NCBI GenBank assembly: GCA_021325135.1 | Contig: JAJPHT010000007.1 | Location: forward strand, 33,776-97,775 | Source: Pseudomonadota bacterium | Lineage (GTDB): Archaea; Thermoplasmatota; SW-10-69-26; JACQPN01; JAJPHT01 | DNA length: 64,000 nt | Reading direction: 5' to 3' | Shown: in pieces, positions 56,633 to 64,000 of the stretch | How positions within the stretch are numbered: the stretch's first letter is position 1 | How the letters are laid out: the number at the start of each line of letters is the position of its first letter | Made by a program: the position numbers and the translations under genes | Notes under the pieces: model-generated | The model's input: the letters and a program-made list of their open reading frames with translations, nothing else | Told to the model about the DNA's origin: nothing | Databases searched by the model: none

Positions 56633-57412
56633 ATGGTGGGAGACCTCCACGGCAAGGTCGCCGTCGTGACCGGCGCGGGAACGGGCATCGGGCGCGCGAC
56701 GGCCCTCGCGCTGGCCGAGGCGGGCGCGAACGTCGTCGTCCACTACTCGCGCTCGAAGAAGGACGCGGAGATCGTGGCGGGCCTCGCGCGCGACCTGGGG
56801 CGGCAGGCCGTCGCGCTGCAGGCGGACTTCCGCGACCGCGAGGCCGTCGCGTCCTTCGCCGAGGCCGCCGAGTCGCACTGGGGGCACGTCGACGTGCTCG
56901 TCAACAACGCGGGCACGATGGAGAAGGCCATGGACCCGCGCACCGAAGGGGGCGACTTCGGCCAGCATCTTCCCCTGTGGGACGAGGTGATGGACGTCAA
57001 CCTCCGCGCGCCCTACGAGCTGACGTGGCGCCTCGCCCAGGGGATGCGGCAGCGCAAGGCGGGCGTCGTCGTCAACGTCGCCTCCGTGGCCGGCATGTAT
57101 GCCATCACCGACGCGCCGCTCTACTCCCTCTCGAAGGCCGCGCTCCTGCACTTCACGCGGCAGGCCGCCATGATGTACGCCCCGCACGTGCGCGTCAACG
57201 CCGTGGCGCCCGGCTGGACGGAGACGGGCTTCGGGCCGACGCACCACATCCTGGACCCGGAGTTCCAGAAATCCATCGTGCGCCACATCCCGCTGCGCCG
57301 CCTCGCGAGCCCCGAGGAGATGGCCGACGCGATCCTCTCCCTGGTGCGGCAGCCCTACGTCACGGGCCACGCGCTGGTGGTGGACGGGGGGATGGTGGCG
57401 GAGCTGCGCTGA
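56633..57412 (+). CDS. SDR family oxidoreductase
   Basis: TGAGTGIG, NNAG, YSLSK, VNAVAPG. Confidence 0.95.
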   Translation: MVGDLHGKVAVVTGAGTGIGRATALALAEAGANVVVHYSRSKKDAEIVAGLARDLGRQAVALQADFRDREAVASFAEAAESHWGHVDVLVNNAGTMEKAMDPRTEGGDFGQHLPLWDEVMDVNLRAPYELTWRLAQGMRQRKAGVVVNVASVAGMYAITDAPLYSLSKAALLHFTRQAAMMYAPHVRVNAVAPGWTETGFGPTHHILDPEFQKSIVRHIPLRRLASPEEMADAILSLVRQPYVTGHALVVDGGMVAELR

Positions 57413-57552
57413 GCTCCATCGCCATAAGCCGGGGCCCGAAGGCTGGGGCCGCCCCTGGAGAAATTGAACGCGCTTCGAACACGTTTGCACGCCAGTTCCA
57501 AAATTGTTAAATGCGGGCCGCGGATGGGAAGGCGCCTTCGGAGGCAACCCTC

Positions 57553-58218
57553 ATGCGCAGCAGCCTGCCCCTCCTCGCCCTCGCCGCGATCCTTCTTGCC
57601 GCTCCCCTCGCGTCCGCGCACGCCAGCATGTACACGTCGGATGGCAGGTTCAAGGTCACCTTCGGCTTCCTCAACGAGCCGGCCACCACCTGGACCAAGA
57701 CCGGCCTCGACCTCATCATCACCGACAACGCCACCGGCGGCCCCGTGGACGGCGCCGACAAGACGCTCAACGCGACGCTCGTCTACAACGACCAGAGCCA
57801 CGACTTCAAGCTCTCGCCCCAGTTCGGCACGCACGGCCGCTACACCGACGTCATCACCATGACGCGCCCCGGCCTCTACAAGCTCCACGTCACGGGCACG
57901 ATCAACGGCAGCGCGGTCGACCTCCTCATCCCCGCCAAGGAGGCCACGCCCGACATCAACGACACGTACTTCCCCGACGCCATCGGCACGCCCCTGGACG
58001 TGAAGGCCCAGATGGCCGCCATGCAGTCGGAGATCGACGCGCTGAAGGCCCAGATCAAGACGCAGGCGTCCACGCCCGCGACGGTCATCAGCCAGACGCC
58101 CGACGCCTCCACGCCCGCGTCCTCCTCGCCCGCGAAGCCCGCGCCCGGCTTCGAGCCCGCCCTGGCCGTGGGCGTCCTCGCCGTCGTCGCGCTCGTCGTG
58201 CTGCGCCGCCGCGGCTGA
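57553..58218 (+). CDS. Secreted protein with PGF-CTERM sorting signal
   Basis: Signal peptide ending ASA-H; C-terminal PGF + TM helix + RRR. Confidence 0.8.
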   Translation: MRSSLPLLALAAILLAAPLASAHASMYTSDGRFKVTFGFLNEPATTWTKTGLDLIITDNATGGPVDGADKTLNATLVYNDQSHDFKLSPQFGTHGRYTDVITMTRPGLYKLHVTGTINGSAVDLLIPAKEATPDINDTYFPDAIGTPLDVKAQMAAMQSEIDALKAQIKTQASTPATVISQTPDASTPASSSPAKPAPGFEPALAVGVLAVVALVVLRRRG

Positions 58219-58251
58219 GGCGTTTTTCCGCCCGCACGCGCCTCCTGGGCC

Positions 58252-58833
58252 GTGCGGGTCCTCTTCCTTGACGCGTCGCGGGGCGTCTCCGCGCGCGGCC
58301 TCGCCGACGCCCTCTCCGGCATGGGCGCCGCGTCGCGCGTCGCGGAGGCCGTCGCCTCGCTGGGCCTGCCCGACGATCCGCTCTCGGGCGCGCTGGTGGG
58401 CCCGCGCGACGTGACCGCGCTCCTGGCGCGCGCCGACCTGGGCGAGCCCGCGCGGCGCCTCGCGGCCGACGCCATGGGGCGGCTCCTCCTGGCCGAGGCC
58501 ATGCGCACGCGGGAGGCCCGCCGCGCGGACGCCGCGCTGGAGGGGCGCGCCCTGATCTCCTTCGTGGGCGTCGCGGCCGCGCTGGAGGCGCTTGGCGTCG
58601 AGCGAGCCGTGGTGTCGCGCGTCGGCGTGGCCGCCGCGCCGCCCCCCGTCGTGGCCGAGCTGCTGGCGGACTGGAGCGGCGTCGTCGACCTGGGCGCTGG
58701 CGAGACGGACGCGCCCGGCGCGGCGCTCCTGCGCGCGCTCGTGGACGAGCGCTCCGCGGGGCGCCCCGAGCCGGCCTGGACGGGCACGCCCGTCCGGGGC
58801 CAGGGCGCTCTCCTGGGGAACGTGGCGCCCTAG
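58252..58833 (+). CDS. Degenerate LarC N-terminal-like protein
   Basis: LFLDASRGVS and ETDAPGAALL resemble LarC motifs; HFHE motif absent. Confidence 0.55.
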   Translation: MRVLFLDASRGVSARGLADALSGMGAASRVAEAVASLGLPDDPLSGALVGPRDVTALLARADLGEPARRLAADAMGRLLLAEAMRTREARRADAALEGRALISFVGVAAALEALGVERAVVSRVGVAAAPPPVVAELLADWSGVVDLGAGETDAPGAALLRALVDERSAGRPEPAWTGTPVRGQGALLGNVAP

Positions 58834-60170
58834 TGCGCGCTGGCCTCGCCCTCTTCGCCTTCGGGCATGGGCGCCTTGTGCTTCACGACGCGGACGCGGA
58901 GGATGCGCCGGTTCGTGACCTTCTCGATGACGATGTCGAAGCCCGGGCCGTGGACGACCTCGCCCTCCTTGCCCAGGCGGCCAAGCTCGTGGTAGATGTA
59001 GCCGGCCACCGTGTCGTACCCCTCCTCCTCGGGGATGACGATGTCCAGCGCGTCGTTCACGTCCGCGACGTGGGTCTTGGCGTCGACGACGGCGGTCAGC
59101 TCGTCGAGCTTGCGGATGGGGTCGGTGCGCAGGTCGTACTCGTCGAAGATGTCGCCCACGACCTCCTCGACGATGTCCTCCAGCGTGACGAGGCCCGCGG
59201 TGCCGCCGAACTCCTCGATGACGACGGCCATGTGCATGCGCTTCTCGCGCATCTCGGCGAGCAGGTCGTCGAGCTTCTTGGACTCGGGCACGAAGTAGGC
59301 CTCGCGCATGAGGTCGCGCATGGGGACGCTGCCCGGCTTCTTCTCGATGAGGTGGAGCAGGAGGTCCTTGACGTAGAGGATGCCCACGACGTTGTCCACC
59401 GTGCCCTGATAGACCGGGATGCGGGAGAAGCCGCTGTCCAGGACGAAGGCCTTGATGTGGTCCACCGTGGCGTCGGCGGGCACGGCGGTCATGTCGATGC
59501 GCGGGACCATGATCTCGCGCGCCGTCGTCTCGCCGAACTCGATGACGGAGTGGAGCATGTCCTCCTCCTTCTCCTCCAGCACGCCCTCCTCGGTGCCGAC
59601 GCTGATGAGCGTCTTGATCTCCTCTTCCGACCGGAACGTGGCGCGGGCGTGGGGGTCGCGGCCGCCCATGCGCAGGAGCTTGTGCATCAGCCGCTCGTAG
59701 ACCCAGACGAAGGGGAAGAGGATCTTCTGGAGCGCGAGGAAGACGGGCGCCACGCGCAGGCCCCACTTCTCGGTGTGGTTGGCCGCGAACGCCTTCGGGA
59801 TAATCTCGCCGAAGGTGAGCATGACGAACGTGACGAGGCCCGTGGAGATGGCGACGACGTAGTTGTCGAACACCTCCTCGGCGAACGAGGTGACGATGGC
59901 CGCGGCCCCGATGTTGACCACGGTGTTGAGCAGGAGCACCGTGATGAGGAAGCGCTCCGTGTTGGACATCAGCCGCTCGACGGCGCCGACGCGAGGGTGG
60001 CCCTCCTCGACGAGCTGGCGGCGGCGCAGGCGCGAGAAGCCGATGAGCGCCGTCTCGCTGCCGCTCATGAAGGCGGAGACCGCGACGAGGACCGCGAAGA
60101 TGAGCGCCTCGGTGAGGATGGTGCCCGTGGATGGGATCGTCGGGCGGATCAGCGCGAGGCTCGGTCCCAT
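58830..60170 (-). CDS. Hemolysin/CNNM (DUF21-CBS-CorC) protein
   Basis: SGSETA, GEIIPK, IMVPR, FSRIPVY, GLVTLEDIVEE. Confidence 0.95.
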   Translation of the reverse strand: MGPSLALIRPTIPSTGTILTEALIFAVLVAVSAFMSGSETALIGFSRLRRRQLVEEGHPRVGAVERLMSNTERFLITVLLLNTVVNIGAAAIVTSFAEEVFDNYVVAISTGLVTFVMLTFGEIIPKAFAANHTEKWGLRVAPVFLALQKILFPFVWVYERLMHKLLRMGGRDPHARATFRSEEEIKTLISVGTEEGVLEEKEEDMLHSVIEFGETTAREIMVPRIDMTAVPADATVDHIKAFVLDSGFSRIPVYQGTVDNVVGILYVKDLLLHLIEKKPGSVPMRDLMREAYFVPESKKLDDLLAEMREKRMHMAVVIEEFGGTAGLVTLEDIVEEVVGDIFDEYDLRTDPIRKLDELTAVVDAKTHVADVNDALDIVIPEEEGYDTVAGYIYHELGRLGKEGEVVHGPGFDIVIEKVTNRRILRVRVVKHKAPMPEGEEGEASAH

Positions 60171-60278
60171 GGCGGGTCAGTCACCGGACGGGGCGTCCTT
60201 CTTCGCCGAGGGGCCCACGGCGCATAAGCATTCCTCACTCGGGATGCCTAACATGTCCGAATCGTTTGGACGGGAACG

Positions 60279-61178
60279 CTACTTCTCGGTTGCCAGGGCG
60301 CGGACGCGGAGGGCCAGCTGCGAGGCGTCGGGCCCGACGAGGTAGGCCTGCGGCTCGACGCCGAAGGCGCCGGCGTGGTGGAAGACGTCCGGGACGGGCC
60401 CCGCGAAGCGCAGGCTGCCCGGCGCGCGCTCCACGCCCGGGGGCACCTCCTCGATCCTCAGCCCCGCCCGCCGCGCGGCGGCCAGCAGGTCGGGCGCGGG
60501 CGCCAGGTTGAGGCACGCGAGGCGCGTGGGGTCGTGGCGCAGGACGGCGAGGAGCACCTCCGCGACGTGGCGTGAGACGCCAAGCTCGGGGGGCGCCGCG
60601 ACCTTGACCACGCCGCGCGTCTCGAAGAGGCCGCCCGGGATCGCCGCCACCGACGAGACGTCCTCCGCCCCGGGGACCGCCCGCGCGACGTTGGTCCCCA
60701 CGTGGGGCAGCCAGGCGGCCAGGCCCGGCGTCGCCTCCAGGACGCGCACCGCGGCGCGCAGGTCCTGGAGCGCGGCCTGCTCGGGGGCCAGCGTCGAGGC
60801 CCCGACGCGCACGCAGATGTCGCACCCCAGGCCCGCGAGGCTGGGCATCGCCTCCTCGTGGAGCGCGCAGAGGGGCCCCCGGTCCTCCAGCTGGCGCACC
60901 AGGGCCTCGGCCTCCAGGAGCGCCTCGAAGGGGGAGAGCCGCTTGGCCATGATGCCCTCCGCGACGCGCTCGACCGCGGCCTGCACGCGCGCGTCGGCCG
61001 CCAGGCGCGGCTCCAGCGCGAGCTTGCCCTGGAGGTGCTTCGACACCGCGGACTGCGTGACGGAGAGCGCCGCCGCGATCTCCACCTGCGGCAGGCCCCC
61101 CTCGTGGAGCCGCCGCGCGAGCAAGCCCCGCCACGTGGGCACGAAGTGGGCCGCCACGATCTCCTCGGCGAAGAGCAC
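60279..61178 (-). CDS. HTH-ThiN family protein (ThiR-like)
   Basis: HTH (Q.EIA..L.VTQSAVSK) plus ThiN motifs (VAAIPG, G.SRHVA, FGVEP). Confidence 0.85.
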   Translation of the reverse strand: MLFAEEIVAAHFVPTWRGLLARRLHEGGLPQVEIAAALSVTQSAVSKHLQGKLALEPRLAADARVQAAVERVAEGIMAKRLSPFEALLEAEALVRQLEDRGPLCALHEEAMPSLAGLGCDICVRVGASTLAPEQAALQDLRAAVRVLEATPGLAAWLPHVGTNVARAVPGAEDVSSVAAIPGGLFETRGVVKVAAPPELGVSRHVAEVLLAVLRHDPTRLACLNLAPAPDLLAAARRAGLRIEEVPPGVERAPGSLRFAGPVPDVFHHAGAFGVEPQAYLVGPDASQLALRVRALATEK

Positions 61179-61246
61179 GAGCCACGGGAGCCGGCGCGCG
61201 GTGAAAAAGGCAATGGCTTTGCGCCCCTCCGCGAAGCCGGGGCCCG

Positions 61247-61645
61247 ATGCCAGCCCGCACCCTGGTCCCGCTGGATGCGCCCGCCCTCGTCGGCGTGCAT
61301 CACCTCAAGCTCCCGAGCCGCGACCCGCGCGCAGCCGCCGCCTGGTACGCCCGCGTCATGGGCTTCGCCCCCGCGCCCAGCGAGCCCGGCTCCCTCACCC
61401 TGCGCCACGGGGGCACGGGCATGCTCCTCACCCTCGTCGCCGACCCTGGCCGCGCGCAGGCGCTCGCCGGGTGCAACGTCGTGGAGTTCGCCCTCCCCGA
61501 CGGCCACGCCATGGACGCGTGGATCGCGCACCTGGACACCGAGAACGTGCTGCACTCGGGGCTGCGCCGCGGCCGGTCGGGCTGGGGCGTCGCGTTCCAC
61601 GACCTGGACGGCTACGAGGTGCGGCTCCACCTGGACGAGGCGTGA
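61247..61645 (+). CDS. VOC/glyoxalase family protein
   Basis: HHLKL...D......WY..VMGF; F.DLDG.EV. Confidence 0.85.
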   Translation: MPARTLVPLDAPALVGVHHLKLPSRDPRAAAAWYARVMGFAPAPSEPGSLTLRHGGTGMLLTLVADPGRAQALAGCNVVEFALPDGHAMDAWIAHLDTENVLHSGLRRGRSGWGVAFHDLDGYEVRLHLDEA

Positions 61646-62026
61646 TCAGTAGGCGATGGTCCGCGCCGCAGGGAAGTGCCGCGCGTTCGCCGTCACGATG
61701 GGCAGGTCGCCCCGCGCCTTCGCGAAGCCGGCGATCATCACGTCCAGCCAGCCCGGGAAGCGCCCCTGCGCCACGGCGTCGCGGGCGATCTCGGCCGCGG
61801 CCACCGCGTCGGCCGCCGTGAAGTCGCTCACGTCCCCCGCCTCCGAGAGCACAGCAAGGCCGCGGGCGGGCGCCGCGAGGCCGCCCAGGAACTCGGCCGC
61901 GACGATGGAGGGGATCAGCAGCGTCTCCTGGGCCGCGAGGAGCTTCTCCAGCGCCGCGGCCGCGGAGGGCTTGCCCCGGGCGTGGTCGATGAGGAAAGAG
62001 GTGTCCACGACGACGGGCATGCTCAC
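61646..62026 (-). CDS. PIN-domain toxin (VapC)
   Basis: VVDTSFLID, E, D.MIA, T.N.RHF. Confidence 0.9.
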   Translation of the reverse strand: MSMPVVVDTSFLIDHARGKPSAAAALEKLLAAQETLLIPSIVAAEFLGGLAAPARGLAVLSEAGDVSDFTAADAVAAAEIARDAVAQGRFPGWLDVMIAGFAKARGDLPIVTANARHFPAARTIAY

Positions 62027-62256
62027 GACCCCGCGCGGGCCTTCATGCGGCGCTTGTCGGCGGCGTCGCTCGCGCGGCGCAGCGCGGCGGGGTCCCAGCC
62101 GGGGGTCTTCTCCAGGTCCTTCAGCCGACGCAGGGCGAGGACGTTCTTGCGCGACGACGCGAGGCGCATCACGACGTCGCTGAACGACTCGCCGGGGCGC
62201 TTGAGCGCGGCAAGCGTGCGGTACGCCTCGTCGCTGAGCTGCACGGGCTTGGGCAT
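62023..62256 (-). CDS. VapB/DUF217-type antitoxin
   Basis: QLSDEAY..L...K..GESFSDVV.RL; overlaps the toxin start. Confidence 0.9.
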   Translation of the reverse strand: MPKPVQLSDEAYRTLAALKRPGESFSDVVMRLASSRKNVLALRRLKDLEKTPGWDPAALRRASDAADKRRMKARAGS

Positions 62257-62365
62257 GCTATACAGGTGTGTAGTGGGGGTGAATAATGGTTTTGGATTGG
62301 GGGAGTGCGGAAGCACGGACCCCCCATGGCCATCACAAGGCTTGGCCGTTGTCCCGGGATCACCG

Positions 62366-62914
62366 CTAGAAGAGCACGCGCTTCTCTTCCTTCACGGTGT
62401 TGAGGACCAGCTGCGTGCCGGTGCGCTCGACGTGGGGCATCGCCAGGAGGTCCTTCACGAAGTCGTTGAGCTCCTCGCGGTCGCGGAAGCGCGCGAGGAT
62501 CATGCTGTCCCAGTCGCCCGTCACGTCGTAGACGGCGAAGACGCGCGCGAGCTTGGCGATCTTCTGCTGCGTCTCCAGGAGCTTGCCGTGCGCGATCTTC
62601 ACACCGACGACCACCACGAGGTCGAAGCCCAGCTTCTGCGCGTCGATCACGGGGACGTAGCCCGTGACGTAGCCGTGCGACTCCAGGCGCTTCACGCGCG
62701 CGCTCACCGTGGAGAGCGCGAGCTGGAGCTCCTTGGCCAGGTCGCGGTAGCTCTTGCGCGCGTCCTGGTTGAGCGCGCGCAGCAGGGCCACGTCGACGTC
62801 GTCGATCCCCTCCTGCGGCTTGGGGCCGGGCTTGGCGCGGGTGCGGACCGGAGCCTCCAGGAGGAACCCCATCTTGCGGCGGATCCCCGGGTCCGCCTCG
62901 TCGCGCTCGACCAT
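62366..62914 (-). CDS. Lrp/AsnC regulator
   Basis: IDDVD..LL..L..DARKSY..LA; VYDVTGDWD; divergent from glnA. Confidence 0.93.
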   Translation of the reverse strand: MVERDEADPGIRRKMGFLLEAPVRTRAKPGPKPQEGIDDVDVALLRALNQDARKSYRDLAKELQLALSTVSARVKRLESHGYVTGYVPVIDAQKLGFDLVVVVGVKIAHGKLLETQQKIAKLARVFAVYDVTGDWDSMILARFRDREELNDFVKDLLAMPHVERTGTQLVLNTVKEEKRVLF

Positions 62915-63236
62915 CGGAGGCGCGATAGAGGCTTCAGACGCTTGAAATCTCCCCTCGTTGATCGAACGAATGCGCACCGAACATCTGTCTGGGTCGGTCA
63001 GCCACCCGCCGCGGGGGGCAGTTCGTCGGGGACGGACGTTCGGGACTCCGCACGCCAGAGCCCGCTGCAGGCCCCCGACCTGATGCAAGCGGCGGCCTCT
63101 CCATCGGAAATCACGCGCGATCGTTCGGCAATCTCCCCCACGGCTGGCCATTCGTCGTCCCGATTTTCGGAAATCCCTAAGTACCCGGCCCTGCTCGATG
63201 GGCCAACGGCCTGCAAAGGCCGAAGGTGTGCATCCC

Positions 63237-64000
63237 ATGGCCGCTCCTGCCAAGAAGTCCGGCGCCGACACCGTCCGCGGTGAGGTCCTCAAGTCCGCCA
63301 AGGCCGAGAATGTCAAGTTCATCCGCCTGATGTTCAGCGACATCAACGGCACGCCCAAGAACGTCGAGCTCCCCGTGGAGCGCCTCGAGGAGGTCCTCGA
63401 GTCGGGCGTGCAGTTCGACGCCTCCTCCATCGCCGGCTTCGCCGAGATCCAGGAGTCGGACATGATCCTCAAGCCCGACGCCTCCACCTGGGCGGTCCTC
63501 CCCTGGACCTCCGGCAGCGGCCGCGCGGCGCGCCTCATCTGCGACGTGTACCTGCCCGACGGCCGCCGCTACGACGGCGACCCGCGCTACGTGCTCCAGC
63601 GCCAGATCAAGAAGGCCTCGGAGATGGGCTACAACTTCTTCACGGGCCCCGAGTGCGAGTTCTTCTTGTTCAAGCTCGACGCCAACGGCAACCCCACCAA
63701 CACGCCCCACGACCGCGCGGCGTACTTCGACGTGGGCGTGCAGGACTTCGGCGAGGAGGTCCGCAAGGAGACCATCCTCTACCTCGAGCAGATGGGCTTC
63801 AACATCGAGGCGGGCCACCACGAGGTCGCCCCCGGCCAGCACGAGATCGACTTCAACTACGGCGACGGCCTCGTCTCCGCGGACCGCATCCTGACCCTCA
63901 AGTGGGTCACGAAGGTCGTCGCGCAGCAGCACGGCCTCCACGCGTCCTTCATGGCGAAGCCCATCTTCGGCGTGAACGGCAGCGGCATGCACGTCCACCA
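63237..64000 (+). CDS. glnA: Glutamine synthetase type I (partial)
   Basis: Not in the ORF track; translation shows FDASSI.GF, GPECEFFLF, HHEVAPGQHEI, FMAKPIFGVNGSGMHVH. Confidence 0.96.
   Translation, partial: MAAPAKKSGADTVRGEVLKSAKAENVKFIRLMFSDINGTPKNVELPVERLEEVLESGVQFDASSIAGFAEIQESDMILKPDASTWAVLPWTSGSGRAARLICDVYLPDGRRYDGDPRYVLQRQIKKASEMGYNFFTGPECEFFLFKLDANGNPTNTPHDRAAYFDVGVQDFGEEVRKETILYLEQMGFNIEAGHHEVAPGQHEIDFNYGDGLVSADRILTLKWVTKVVAQQHGLHASFMAKPIFGVNGSGMHVH

Overview
Very GC-rich archaeal chromosomal segment; a Thermoplasmatota-like lineage is inferred from gene content, not proven. Archaeal markers include PolD DP1, CDC48/VAT, Orc1/Cdc6 with upstream ORB-like boxes, Trm-G10, NreA, ThiR-like HTH-ThiN and a PGF-CTERM protein. 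Housekeeping genes are interleaved with many secreted or membrane hypothetical proteins, an ABC exporter, a type III PKS plus ICMT-type methyltransferase pair, two toxin-antitoxin pairs and a degenerate IS91-like protein. The main discovery is a ~14 kb integrative element (about 20647-34657) just downstream of cdc6. It encodes a divergent tyrosine recombinase with an RHH-like partner and appears to have inserted into a REP-like palindromic repeat. Joining its two flanks rebuilds a 34-nt exact copy of a repeat arm that is intact at 34775-34808, with a 7-bp duplicated core and inverted ends. Inside it are a ~1.5 kb hairpin-rich non-coding region containing two covarying copies of one structured motif, an array of degenerate target-like palindromes, and secreted cargo genes, but no recognisable Rep, relaxase or capsid gene. 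Two further candidate structured RNAs lie outside the element. All family assignments come from motif recognition by eye; no database search was run.
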